From contig CBDFIU010000004.1 in NCBI GenBank assembly GCA_965248235.1, forward strand, positions 1,175,112-1,239,111: a stretch of 64,000 bases of DNA, read 5' to 3'. Positions 45,430 to 55,494 of this stretch are shown piece by piece. Below the pieces are notes generated by a model. The model was given only the letters and a program-made list of their open reading frames with translations. It had not been told where the DNA came from and ran no database searches. Position 1 is the first letter of the stretch. Every line of letters starts with the position of its first letter. The translations under genes and the position numbers were made by a program. Source of the DNA: Bryobacterales bacterium (GTDB taxonomy: Bacteria; Acidobacteriota; Terriglobia; Bryobacterales; UBA6623).

Positions 45430-46465
45430 GATGGGTATTTACTTGACTCAGGTGACCACAAGATGTAGGATCGGGGAAATGGAAGATTATCCTCGGAATC
45501 TGGCCGAGTTCGAGGCGCGTTTCGCCACCGAGCAGGCCTGTCGAGAGTATCTGTGTCAACTCCGCTGGCCGGAGGGTTTTCGTTGTCCGCGATGCGGGCA
45601 CGACAAAGCGTGGGCGGTGCGGACAGCGCTGCTGGAGTGCGCCGGCTGCGGGCATCAAGCTTCTCCAACGGCGGGCACAATATTTCAAGACACCCGCCAA
45701 CCCCTCCAGAGTTGGTTTCGAGCCATGTGGTGGCTCACGAGCCAGAAGAACGGGGCGAGCGCGCTGGGCTTGCAGCGGGTGTTGGGCCTGGGCAGCTACA
45801 AAACGGCCTGGACTTGGTTGCATAAGCTCCGGCGCGCCATGGTGCGGCCCGGACGCGATCGGCTCAGCGGGCGCGTGGAGGTTGACGAGACTTACTTAGG
45901 AGGCTTGGAGGAGGGCGTGCGCGGTCGCCAAACCGACGCTAAGGCGCTGATTGTAGTAGCGGCCGAGGAAGATGGTGCCGGCATCGGGCGGGTTCGGATA
46001 CGCACCATTCCCAACGCCTCCGGGGACAGCTTGATGGCCTTCGTCGGCGAGTCGATCGAACCCGGCAGCGTGGTCCATACCGACGGTTGGCTGGGATACG
46101 AACCGCTCGAAGGCGACGGCTATCGCCACGAGGTGAGCTACCTGGAGGGGCAACCGGCGCGCGCCTCGAAACTGCTCCCCCGGGTGCACCGCGTGGTGTC
46201 GTTAGTGAAGCGCTGGATACTGGGCACGCATCAAGGAGCGGTCAGTCACGAGCATCTCGACTCCTACCTCGACGAATTCGCCTTCCGCTTCAACCGCCGC
46301 AAGTCCAGAAGTCGAGGCAAGCTCTTTTACCGCCTGGTTCAACAGGCCGTCGCCGTGCCACCGGCACCCTACAAATCGCTGGTCGGAGGCACCGCGACAC
46401 GCGCTACGGACGACCACAACATGTAGGGGCTATTTCCCAATACCTGAGTCAAGTAAATACCCATC
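45430..46465 (+). mobile_element. IS1595-family insertion sequence, copy 2
   Basis: Same 1036-bp element and the same 24-bp inverted repeats. Perfect 8-bp direct repeat tgggtttg at 45422-45429 and 46466-46473. Confidence 0.92.
45479..46426 (+). CDS. IS1595-family transposase (copy 2)
   Basis: The translation is identical to copy 1. Confidence 0.88.
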   Translation: MEDYPRNLAEFEARFATEQACREYLCQLRWPEGFRCPRCGHDKAWAVRTALLECAGCGHQASPTAGTIFQDTRQPLQSWFRAMWWLTSQKNGASALGLQRVLGLGSYKTAWTWLHKLRRAMVRPGRDRLSGRVEVDETYLGGLEEGVRGRQTDAKALIVVAAEEDGAGIGRVRIRTIPNASGDSLMAFVGESIEPGSVVHTDGWLGYEPLEGDGYRHEVSYLEGQPARASKLLPRVHRVVSLVKRWILGTHQGAVSHEHLDSYLDEFAFRFNRRKSRSRGKLFYRLVQQAVAVPPAPYKSLVGGTATRATDDHNM

Positions 46466-46534
46466 TGGGTTTGTTTGGACATTTTTCCCGGCTCCGACGG
46501 TAAAGCCAGGCAAATCATTGATTCTATATAACTT

Positions 46535-47862
46535 CACTGCTGTCCGGTTAAAAGTCGAATAGAATCAATTGGTTGGGGTCATAGGGGGATTCGTTTTGGG
46601 AGTCGGATGGCTGGAGTGCCTGTAAAATGGGCATTTTTTCGAATAACGTAAGGCTGAGAATCTGTAGAATCTGGTAAAGACTCGCTTTCAGCCCGAGGCG
46701 TTTCCGGACCACGGCGATGAGCACGTAAATCGAGACAGCGATCCAGATCTGCGTCTTGACGGCGTTCTCGCTGGTGCCGTAAAACGACTTGATTCGCAGA
46801 TGTTGCTTGATCCACTTGAAGAAGAGTTCCACCTGCCAGCGCGATTTGTAGATCTGGGCGATGGTCAGTGCCGGCAGAGTGAAGTTATTGGTCAGGAATT
46901 TCAACCGCTTGTTAGTTTCGGCATCGAAATAACTCACCCGCCGTAGGGAGTCCGGGTACGCTTGGGCGGAGTTGAAGGAAGTCAAAATGACGGTGTGATC
47001 GGATCGCAGGCCTGTGCTCCTATCCACCGGGTGGGAGTAGCGACGCTGCAGCAAAACGTTCTTTTTGGTTCGTACCACGAAGAAGGCCGAACAGAGCGTG
47101 AACACGAAGAGGCGCCGAAAATCGACATAACCCCGATCCATGACGTAGAACGCGCCGGCCTCGGGAAGAAATTCATCCAGGATGTTGACGTCATGCACTT
47201 TGCCTCCAGTAATGCGGATAAACGTGGGAATATTGCCGTGCAGATCCAGCAGCGTGTGCATCTTCACGGCGGCCTTGTGCTGGCGGAATCCGGCCCACGG
47301 AAACAGCGACAGGCAGAGGTCGATTGTTGTCGAGTCGAGAGCGTACAGAGTCTGGTCCAAGTCCACACCGATCGGGTCGTGGGCATATAACGGCCGTGCC
47401 ATGCCAATCAAGACCTGCGCGAAGTCCGCGTAGATCCGCCAGTCGCGCGACTCGTTCGCATCGGCCAGTGTCGAGCGCGCTACCCTGCCGCGGAATCCCA
47501 TGTGGTAGAGTTTGCCGTGCATCGAACGCAGGCACGTCTCGATGTCGCGGAGGCTTTCCCGATAGGTCAGCTGGGCGAATGCCATCGAAAGAAACTGATC
47601 CCAGCAGGAGAAACTTTTCAGATAGGAGTCGCCGCGGTAGCGCAATACACATTTGTGAAACTCTTTGCTCGGCAGGTGCTCGATCAGTTGGGAGAAAACC
47701 GTACGGCCAAAGTTCATCCCCCATTGTGCCGCGTCGGGATGCTCCGCTCAGGCGGCCATTTACGGCCTCGGAATTTCAAATCGTTCCCGGACAAAACAGG
47801 CCATAAGACATTGAGCGGCAGAGACTTACCGTCCGTTGGTGCAACTTTCCCCGGACAGCACT
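46535..47862 (-). mobile_element. IS4-family insertion sequence (1328 bp)
   Basis: Ends are CACTGCTGTCCGG and CCGGACAGCACTG (12 of 13 nt inverted-repeat match, extending imperfectly). Perfect 9-bp direct repeat atataactt at 46526-46534 and 47863-47871. It is visibly less GC-rich than its surroundings. Confidence 0.85.
46548..47717 (-). CDS. IS4-family DDE transposase (DUF4372-type N-terminus)
   Basis: 389 aa: MNFGRTVFSQLIEHLPSKEFHKCV...YVMDRGYVDF...IAQIYKSRWQVELFFKWIKQ (the Y-2-R-3-E-6-K signature). Confidence 0.88.
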   Translation of the reverse strand: MNFGRTVFSQLIEHLPSKEFHKCVLRYRGDSYLKSFSCWDQFLSMAFAQLTYRESLRDIETCLRSMHGKLYHMGFRGRVARSTLADANESRDWRIYADFAQVLIGMARPLYAHDPIGVDLDQTLYALDSTTIDLCLSLFPWAGFRQHKAAVKMHTLLDLHGNIPTFIRITGGKVHDVNILDEFLPEAGAFYVMDRGYVDFRRLFVFTLCSAFFVVRTKKNVLLQRRYSHPVDRSTGLRSDHTVILTSFNSAQAYPDSLRRVSYFDAETNKRLKFLTNNFTLPALTIAQIYKSRWQVELFFKWIKQHLRIKSFYGTSENAVKTQIWIAVSIYVLIAVVRKRLGLKASLYQILQILSLTLFEKMPILQALQPSDSQNESPYDPNQLILFDF

Positions 47863-47942
47863 GATATAACTTATATGGCGTCCGACGATCTCTTCGCGGG
47901 AGCAAGCCATCGACAAGAGGAGGGCACGACAGCGAGCGTGGT

Positions 47943-48227
47943 TCAGGAGCCGCGCGAGGCTTCCTGTTGCCTGCGCATCACCTCATCGGACATGATCAGG
48001 GCCGAAGCGACTTCCTTCATCGAGCGGCGCCTTTGACGGCTTTCCTTTTGCAGCGTGAGATAAGCCTCCTCTTCGGTGATCCCCATTTGCCGTTGCAGAA
48101 TGCCCTTTGCCCGCTCCAGCACCTTACGGGTTTCAAGCTTATCGGCTAGGTCGGAAACCTCGCCCTCAAGCTGCGCCATTTTGATTTCGGCGCCCACAAG
48201 GTGCCCGATCGTGGCAACGAGCCGCAC
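47943..48227 (-). CDS. Small ANTAR-domain RNA-binding regulator
   Basis: Coiled-coil region, then the ANTAR core (LETRKVLERAKGILQRQMGITEEEAYLTLQKESRQRRRSMKEVASALI). The start is GTG 48227 or ATG 48179. No sensor domain was found upstream. Confidence 0.75.
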   Translation of the reverse strand: MRLVATIGHLVGAEIKMAQLEGEVSDLADKLETRKVLERAKGILQRQMGITEEEAYLTLQKESRQRRRSMKEVASALIMSDEVMRRQQEASRGS

Positions 48228-48525
48228 TTCGCGCGGGGTGTCGGCGCGGTACAGAGGTACTCCCAGTTCAAGTCTCCTAAGACCCTATAAATAGGGCTTT
48301 TCGTGTACCGTGTGATTGCCGTCACCCCCGAGCAAGACCAACCGGCTCGATCGAGAAATCGCTCCACGGAGCGCGAGAAAGAGATTTTCGCTTGTTGGAA
48401 AAGGGCTCTTCTCATCACGCCTTCACGGATCGCGCGTCGGCCCGCGCATCGCCGGACGGTCGCTTTCCCGGCCGCGGCCGGAACAGACCGCAACGCCGCG
48501 GCTAAGGGATTTTCCGCGGCTTCCG

Positions 48526-48975
48526 TCAACCCTTTTTTTCAGAAAGAACCGTCGACAAGGCGGCGAAAAACTTCCGAATCATCATCTTCGAGGTCATGTC
48601 CATGAGGCGCTGGCCGACCGAGGCGATCATGCCGCCGACGCGAACGTCACCTTCGTAGTGAACAAGCGTTTCATCGGCGCCGGCTTCCTCCAGACGAAAT
48701 CGCCCGCCGCCGTTGAGGAAGCCGATCTTGCCGGTTCCCTCGACGACCAGCCGATAGCTCTCGGGTGGTTGGGGATCTTCGAGCGCAACCTTGCCGTCGA
48801 ACAAGCCCTGAACCGCCGCCAGGGCCAGCTTCATTTTCATCTTGTATTGGTTCTCGCCGATCGGATCAAGAGACTCGCAGCCGGGAAGCGTGCGCGCCAG
48901 AACCTCGGGGTCGAGCAACGCTTCCCAAACTTGTTGCCGCGGGGCCGCCAGCTTGTGCTGACCCTTGATCTTCAT
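48526..48975 (-). CDS. coxG: CoxG-like SRPBCC-fold protein
   Basis: 149 aa: MKIKGQHKLAAPRQQVWEALLDPEVLARTLPGCESL...GKIGFLNGGGRFRLEE. It overlaps the coxM stop. Confidence 0.8.
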   Translation of the reverse strand: MKIKGQHKLAAPRQQVWEALLDPEVLARTLPGCESLDPIGENQYKMKMKLALAAVQGLFDGKVALEDPQPPESYRLVVEGTGKIGFLNGGGRFRLEEAGADETLVHYEGDVRVGGMIASVGQRLMDMTSKMMIRKFFAALSTVLSEKKG

Positions 48976-49832
48976 TGAGCGCGTCCGGCGGCGGCCGCGA
49001 TCGCCCGACGAGCGAAAACCGTTGCCAGGTGGGCACGGTATTCGGCCGAGGCGTGCAGGTCCTCGAGTGCATCGACGCCCGCGGCCGCGGATTGCGCCGC
49101 CGCCCGATAGGTGTCATCGTTGGCTGGTTGGCCCTCGAGAGCACTTTCCACCGCCGAGGCACGATAAGCCTTCGAGCCCACGCCGGTCATCCCGATGCGC
49201 GCGAATGAAATCGTACCGCCGCTGACGCCGATACGCGCCGCCGCGCCGACAACGGCATAACCCGACGCCGGCTGAACGATGGTCTCGTAGGCCGTGCCGA
49301 CGCCCGCCGACTCAGCCGGGACTTGAATCTCGGTGACGATCTCGCCGGGCTCGAGCGCCGTCGTGAGAGCGTCCACGATGAAGTCGTCAATGGCGACAAT
49401 GCGTTCGCCGCCCGAGCCCACGACCTTGACACTGGCTTCGAGAGCCTGCAAGGCCGCCGGGTAGTCGGCCGCCGGGTCGGCGTGAGCCACCGCGCCGCCG
49501 ATGGTGCCGCGATTGCGTACTTGGACGTCGCCGATACCGGCCGCGGCCGCGGCGAGCATGGGGCACTTCTCGCGTAACAAGTCGGAGTGCTCCACCTGCT
49601 CGTGAGTCGTCATCGATCCGACACGAATGACGCCGCCTTCCTCGACGATGAAGTGCAGATCGGCGATGCCGCCCAGGTCGACGACTTGGGTGGGCGCGGC
49701 GAGCCGCAGCTTCATGATCGGGATCAAGCTCTGTCCGCCGGCGAGAACTTTCGCCTCGGGGTCGTCGGACAAGGCCTTCAGGGCGTCGGAAAGGGTTTCC
49801 GGAGCGGTGTAGTCAAAACTAGAAGCAATCAC
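48972..49832 (-). CDS. coxM: Molybdenum hydroxylase FAD-binding medium subunit (CoxM-like)
   Basis: 286 aa: FDYTAPETLSDALKAL...KVLAGGQSLIPIMKLRLAAP...VRNRGTIGGAVAHADPAADYPA. Confidence 0.88.
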   Translation of the reverse strand: MIASSFDYTAPETLSDALKALSDDPEAKVLAGGQSLIPIMKLRLAAPTQVVDLGGIADLHFIVEEGGVIRVGSMTTHEQVEHSDLLREKCPMLAAAAAGIGDVQVRNRGTIGGAVAHADPAADYPAALQALEASVKVVGSGGERIVAIDDFIVDALTTALEPGEIVTEIQVPAESAGVGTAYETIVQPASGYAVVGAAARIGVSGGTISFARIGMTGVGSKAYRASAVESALEGQPANDDTYRAAAQSAAAGVDALEDLHASAEYRAHLATVFARRAIAAAAGRAQ

Positions 49833-52171
49833 GACTGGCTCCTTTCGTTGATCAGATTCCAGACTTTTTGCGGTGTCATCGGAATGTCGATGTGATCGAC
49901 GCCCATGTGGGACAGCGCATCGACGACGGCGTTAACGAAGGCGGGGAGCGAGCCGATGGTTCCGGCTTCTCCAACGCCCTTGGCGCCGAGCGGATTGACG
50001 GGCGAGGGCGTCACGGTCCTTTCCGATTCGATCCAGGGCATGTCCTTGGCCTTGGGAATCGCATAGTCCATGAAGGTGCCCGTGAGCAGCTGGCCGTCCT
50101 CGCTGAAGACAACCTCTTCGAGAAACGCCGGACCCAGACCTTGCGCTACCCCGCCGTGCAATTGGCCGTCGACCAGCATGGGGTTGATGACGTTACCAAT
50201 GTCGTCGACGGCGACATAGCGCAGGATTTTCACCTGGCCGGTATCGGAGTCGACTTCGACGGTGCAAATATGCGCACCGAAAGGGAAGGCGAAGTTTGGC
50301 GGTTCGAAGAATCGCGTCGCCGAAAGGCCGGGTTCCGTGTCGGGCGGCAACTTCTGCGCCACGGCGGCCTCGAAGGCCAGGGCTTGGAAGGTGAGCGTCG
50401 TCTCGGTTTCACTGGAGGAGAAGACACCTCCCGCGAACTCCACGCTGTCGGGAGAAGTACCGATGATGTGGGCGGCGTATTTCTTGCCCTTGGCGACAAC
50501 GTCCTGGAGCGCGAGGTGAACGGCGGTGCCGCCGATCGCCATGCCGCGACTGCCGAACGTCCCCACACCCCAGTGAACCTTGCCGGTGTCGCCGTGAACC
50601 ACAACGACATCGTCGATGGTGACACCCAGGGCGTCCGCCGCCAGCTGAGCGTAGGCCGTTTCCCCGCCCTGCCCGTGGGGCGAGGCCCCCGACATGACGG
50701 TAACCTTGCCGGTCGGCTCGACGCGGACGGTCGCGCTTTCCCAACCGCCGGCCGGCAGCGCCGGGGAAGGCCCGAAGGCGCAGACTTCGCCGTAGGTCGA
50801 GATGCCGAGGCCGAGCAGGCGGCCCTCCGAACGGGCTTGCTCTTGCTCGGCGAGAAAGTCTTTGTAGCCGACGTTATCGAGCGCGATATTGAAGGCCTTG
50901 GCGTAGTCGCCGCTGTCGTAACTGAGACCCGTCGCTGTTTCGAAGGGGAACTCGTCGGCGGAGGGGAAATTCTTCAGACGCAGTTCGGCGGGGTCCATGC
51001 CCAGCTTGTCGGCGAGCTTATCGACGACGCGCTCAAGCACGTAGGTCGCCTCGGGACGTCCGGCTCCGCGGTAAAGATCAGTCGGGGGCAGATTCGTGAA
51101 GGCCCCGGTGAGATCGGCGGTGAAGTTCTTGATCTTGTAGAGACCCGGGATCATGATGACGGCGAGCGTCGGGATGATCGGGGTCAGCAACTGATGATGG
51201 GCGCCGATGTCCTGCAAGATCTTGAAGCGCAGTGCCGTGATCATGCCGTCGCTGGTTGCCGCCATTTCGAGATGATCGATGTGGCCGCGGCCGTGAGCGA
51301 CTACGTTGATGCTCTCGCGACGATTCTCGATCCACTTGATGGGCTGTTTGAGATCGATCGCCGCGAAGCAAGCCAAGGCTTCCTCGGCCCAGACGTTGCA
51401 TTTGCTGCCGAAGCCGCCGCCGACCTCGGGCGCAATCACGCGAACGTGATTTTCCGGCAGGTTCAACTGCACGGCCAATTGCGTTTTGAGCAGGTGCGGG
51501 ATTTGGGTCGAGGAATAGACCAGCAGATCCTTCGTCCCTTCGTCGTATTCGGCGACGACGCCGCGCGTTTCTATCGGCGAGGGCGCCAGGCGCGGCACCG
51601 TGACCCGTTCGCTGACGACGACGTCGGCGGCTTCAAAAGCCGCGTCGGTGTCGCCGCCCTCGGCGTGGAAGGTAAAGGCGACGTTATCGTCGTATTCCGG
51701 ATGGACTTTGACCGTGCCGTCCTCGAGGGCTTTCTCGGGGTCGGCGACATAGTCGGTCGGCTCGTATTCGACCTCGATTTGGTCGACGGCATCCTGCGCG
51801 ACGTAGCGGTCACTCGCAACGACCGCCGCCACCGGGTGGCCGACGTAATACACGCGGCCTTGCGCCAAGATCGCATGGTGCGGTATGCGCAGCGTAGGCA
51901 TCGAGCCGGCGCAGGGAACCGGGCCGACTTCCTTGATGTCCTCGCCGGTATAGACAGCGGAGACGCCGGGCAGCGACGCGGCTTTCTCGATCGAAATGCT
52001 CGTGATCTTGGCGGCCACGTGAGGACTGCGCAAGACCGCGGCGTAGAGCATGCCGGGGCGAGTGACGTCGTCGACGTAAGTCGCCGTGCCGGTGATCAAA
52101 CGGGGGTCTTCGGTGCGCCGAATGCGCTGCCCCACATAGCCTTTGGTTGTCGGAGTGGTTGTCGTCGCCAT
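49829..52171 (-). CDS. coxL: Molybdopterin-binding large subunit of the xanthine dehydrogenase/CODH family (form-II CoxL-like)
   Basis: 780 aa. The active-site loop reads LYRGAGRPE (YRGAGR at 51056-51073). This is the AYRGAGR-type form-II signature, not the form-I AYRCSFR. Confidence 0.88.
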   Translation of the reverse strand: MATTTTPTTKGYVGQRIRRTEDPRLITGTATYVDDVTRPGMLYAAVLRSPHVAAKITSISIEKAASLPGVSAVYTGEDIKEVGPVPCAGSMPTLRIPHHAILAQGRVYYVGHPVAAVVASDRYVAQDAVDQIEVEYEPTDYVADPEKALEDGTVKVHPEYDDNVAFTFHAEGGDTDAAFEAADVVVSERVTVPRLAPSPIETRGVVAEYDEGTKDLLVYSSTQIPHLLKTQLAVQLNLPENHVRVIAPEVGGGFGSKCNVWAEEALACFAAIDLKQPIKWIENRRESINVVAHGRGHIDHLEMAATSDGMITALRFKILQDIGAHHQLLTPIIPTLAVIMIPGLYKIKNFTADLTGAFTNLPPTDLYRGAGRPEATYVLERVVDKLADKLGMDPAELRLKNFPSADEFPFETATGLSYDSGDYAKAFNIALDNVGYKDFLAEQEQARSEGRLLGLGISTYGEVCAFGPSPALPAGGWESATVRVEPTGKVTVMSGASPHGQGGETAYAQLAADALGVTIDDVVVVHGDTGKVHWGVGTFGSRGMAIGGTAVHLALQDVVAKGKKYAAHIIGTSPDSVEFAGGVFSSSETETTLTFQALAFEAAVAQKLPPDTEPGLSATRFFEPPNFAFPFGAHICTVEVDSDTGQVKILRYVAVDDIGNVINPMLVDGQLHGGVAQGLGPAFLEEVVFSEDGQLLTGTFMDYAIPKAKDMPWIESERTVTPSPVNPLGAKGVGEAGTIGSLPAFVNAVVDALSHMGVDHIDIPMTPQKVWNLINERSQS

Positions 52172-52182
52172 GGTTCTTCCCC

Positions 52183-52656
52183 TTATCCTTGCGCCATGGC
52201 CTTGGCGGCCGATTCAACGGATTTCACAATGTGCTGATAGCCGGTGCAACGGCAAAGATTGCCTTCGATGGCGTGCCGGATTTCGTCGCGCGACGGGTTG
52301 GGATTGTCGCCCAACAACTGCTTGACCGACATGATCATGCCGGGCGTGCAGAAACCGCACTGAAGCCCGTGTTCATTCCAGAACCCTTCTTGAATCGGGT
52401 GCAGGTTGCCATTAGTGGCCAGGCTCTCGATGGTCTCGACGTTCTCGCCGTCGGCCTGGACGGCCAACACCGTGCAGGATTTGACCGTGCGGCCTTCCAG
52501 CATCACCGTGCAGGCGCCGCAGACCGTTGTTTCGCAGCCGATGTGCGTTCCAGTCAGCCCTAATTCTTCTCGTAGAAAGTGGACCAGAAGCGTGCGCGGT
52601 TCGACTTCGCGCTCGTACTCCCGCCCGTTCACAGTCACTTTGATCGCTTTTTGCAT
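52183..52656 (-). CDS. coxS: [2Fe-2S] small subunit (CoxS-like)
   Basis: ATG 52656 has GGAGGGAG upstream. The sequence reads [15 protein letters not shown]...[12 protein letters not shown]...[10 protein letters not shown]...NLCRCTGY. Confidence 0.9.
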   Translation of the reverse strand: MQKAIKVTVNGREYEREVEPRTLLVHFLREELGLTGTHIGCETTVCGACTVMLEGRTVKSCTVLAVQADGENVETIESLATNGNLHPIQEGFWNEHGLQCGFCTPGMIMSVKQLLGDNPNPSRDEIRHAIEGNLCRCTGYQHIVKSVESAAKAMAQG

Positions 52657-52822
52657 GCGCGTGGCTCCCTCCGTAGCTTCACAATGATGAACGACTGGGA
52701 AGCGCCGCGTCAAGAGATGGGGGGGAAAACACTTGAAAAGTAGGGTGCAAAGCGATGATTTGTGGATTTCGGGGGAAGGAGGGCCGGCGTGACGTTTTGA
52801 GGATCACCGATTGTCGTGCTTC

Positions 52823-53401
52823 TTAAGTTGCCGCGTCGGATACCGCTTCCTCACGGTCGCGACTTGGTTTGGGATGTTCGAGCCAATAGAGGCCGGCGTA
52901 GACTTTTGGGTCGATTAGAAAACCGTCGTCCTCGCGCAAGCGCAGCCACGAGTCGACCTTGGCGAGGGGCACCAGATGAACCGCGATTTCTTCTCCGCCG
53001 ACTCCCCCGCCCTCGCCGACTCGTTGCAAGCCCTCGGCGCGGAGAAAAGTGACCACTTCGGTCGTTAGCCCGCCCGAGGAAGGCCCCCGGCCAAGCACGG
53101 TGAGTTTGGCGGCACGAAAGCCGGTTTCTTCCACGAGTTCGCGATTGGCGGCTTCGATCAACTGTTCGCCGTCGTCGCCCTCTTCGTCGCCGACCAGGCC
53201 GGCGGCCCATTCGATCATCTTGGCGCGGACCGGCTCTCGGTATTGCTCGACGAAAACGGCTTGGTCGTCGTCGGTGACAGCAATGATCACGGCGACATCA
53301 TCGACGCCGGGACGATTGACGAATTCCCAGCCGTTGCGGCGTTCCAGGGTCAGGAAGCGGCCGGCTCCCAGACGGCCGTCCTCGGGACGAGGCTTGCTCA
53401 C
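52823..53401 (-). CDS. NUDIX hydrolase (ADP-ribose pyrophosphatase-like)
   Basis: Nudix box GLVGDEEGDDGEQLIEAANRELVEETGF. A 4-nt overlap with the pncA stop. Confidence 0.85.
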   Translation of the reverse strand: MSKPRPEDGRLGAGRFLTLERRNGWEFVNRPGVDDVAVIIAVTDDDQAVFVEQYREPVRAKMIEWAAGLVGDEEGDDGEQLIEAANRELVEETGFRAAKLTVLGRGPSSGGLTTEVVTFLRAEGLQRVGEGGGVGGEEIAVHLVPLAKVDSWLRLREDDGFLIDPKVYAGLYWLEHPKPSRDREEAVSDAAT

Positions 53402-54054
53402 GAGGCGGCGGCTCCTCCGGCTGTGAGGCGGGAGAGGGCGTCACGGCTGGAAACCAGCTCGGCGCCGCCGGCCCTCATGGCTTCGAAAGCGCTTTCGACG
53501 TCGCCCGCTTGCAGGTTGATGCCGCGGCAGCCGTCCTCGATCACGCAGGTTTTGAAACCGAGCGACAGCGCGTCGAGGACGCTGAATTTTACGCAGTAGT
53601 CGGTCGCCAATCCCATGATGTAGACCTGATTGACGTTGCTCTCTCGGAGAAAGTCGGCCAGCCCGGTCGACTTGCGGCGGGCGTTATCGAAGAACGTGCT
53701 GTAGCTGTCGATGGCGGGGTCGGAGCCTTTTCGGAAAACGCGCCTGATGTTGTCTTGATCGAGCGCAGGGTGAAACTCGGCGCCGGGGGTCCCCTCGACA
53801 CAGTGATCCGGCCACAACTCTTGACGCAGGCCGTCAAGCTCGATCACGTCGCCGGGCCGAGTGCCGGGATGTTGCGAAGCGAAACTGCCGTGATCGGCCG
53901 GATGCCAATCCTGGGTGGCGACGACTAAGTTGGAAGCCGCGAAGACATCGCCGAGACGGTTGGCGACTGACACAACCTCGTCGCCCCCCGGAACAGCCAG
54001 CGCCCCGCCCGGCATGAAGTCCTCCTGCAAATCTACGAGGATCAAGACCGGCAT
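53398..54054 (-). CDS. pncA: Nicotinamidase/pyrazinamidase (isochorismatase family)
   Basis: MPVLILVDLQEDFMPGGALAVPGGDEVV...ATQDWHPADHGSFA...GLATDYCVKFSVLDA. Confidence 0.88.
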   Translation of the reverse strand: MPVLILVDLQEDFMPGGALAVPGGDEVVSVANRLGDVFAASNLVVATQDWHPADHGSFASQHPGTRPGDVIELDGLRQELWPDHCVEGTPGAEFHPALDQDNIRRVFRKGSDPAIDSYSTFFDNARRKSTGLADFLRESNVNQVYIMGLATDYCVKFSVLDALSLGFKTCVIEDGCRGINLQAGDVESAFEAMRAGGAELVSSRDALSRLTAGGAAAS

Positions 54055-55494
54055 GGTGAATCCTCAGTGTAGCCGTAAGCCCGGTACGCCTTAAGGGCCT
54101 TCCGCCCCGCGCCCGCGGAATTCCTCCGCCCAGTTCTCAACCACACGGATGGTCGGCTTGGGGACCTCGCCCGTCTCGGTGAGCGGCTCGACGAGGATGA
54201 ACCGCTTGCCGTCAGCCGAGACGTCGTATGGTGCGTAATTGAAACCCGGGCGCAGGCCGGGGTGATCAAACAAGCGTGTCGTCTTCCCAATCGAAAATTC
54301 CCCCTCGGTCGAAACCTCGACCGCGATCAAGGTTTCTCCCTCGACGTAGAAAAGCTCCTTGCCGTCGCGACTCCAGCGCATTCTGGTCCCGCCGTTCGTC
54401 GAGACCGTCACCCGTCCGTCGCCTTCGGGAAACGGGCGTACGTATAGCTCAATGCGGCCCGACTCAGTCGAGGTGTAGGCAACGAAGCGGCCGTTTGGGG
54501 AAAGTTTCGGCACGGATTCGGCGGCCTGACTTTTGATGGTCCGATGGGGTTGCCGGCTGCTCCCTTCTTCTTCGAGCTCAACCCATCCGATGTCGTACAC
54601 CCCATCAACGTGAAAAAGCAAATACCTCCCGTCCCTCGACCAGTCCGACAGAATGTCGAAATCGGGCGTCGCCAACAGCGGCGTCGCCTCACCGGCGCCG
54701 TCGGATCGACGAAGATAAATGTCCCCACTGCCCGACCGGAACGTGAGGAAGGCGATTTGTTCCCCGTTGGGCGACCACACCGGTCGCCACTCGGCCGATG
54801 CCGCGTTCGTCAAGCGCGTCTTGACGCCGCGGACCATGTCAAAGACCCAAATATCCTGGTTCCCTCCCTCGGTCAGCGACAGGGCGACGCGACGGCCGTC
54901 CGGGGAAAGCGCAGGGGAGGCAAGCTGCCCCGCGAGGTCTACTTCTCGCAACTTGCGACCGCTTCGATCAACCCATACCAATCGTCCTCTGTCCGTTGGG
55001 GGAGTGTCGAGGTAGACCAGGGTCTCATCGTCGGCTACCGTTGCTTGGAAGGCGTCCTCGGCAATCGGAAACGCCTCACCCTCGGCGCGCTGTGTATCGA
55101 GGGAAAAAGGCATTGCCCAGAGGTCATATTCGGTCAACAGGGAAGCCTGATAAACGAGGTGACCGCTGGCCGAATAGGAGGGGTTCGTGCCCTTGCCGAG
55201 AATTTCTCGACGCCCGGTTTCCAGATCCTGCACGACTAAGGAATGCACGCTCAGGGGACCGGCCGCGAAGACCACGATTCGGCGCCCTGCCGGCGCGGGC
55301 AGGAAATGTGGGCGGCTAAGACTAACCCCTTTGCCCAGCTCATCCTCGAAACCTTCCGGCCGTAGCAACAGCTTAGGGACCCCACCCTGAGCGGGAACCT
55401 CATAAAGGCCAAACACTCCCCCGCCTACATGTGCACTGAAGACAATCGCTTCCCCGTCGGGGCTCCACGCGGAGCCTGCGTTAGTTCCGTCCTT

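Noticed and set aside
49868-52237. 789-aa plus-strand ORF, the longest unexplained ORF in the track
   Set aside because: It is exactly antisense to coxL. Its product is Arg/Gly/Asp-rich with no motifs, while the minus-strand product has clear molybdenum hydroxylase motifs. It is a typical shadow ORF of GC-rich DNA.
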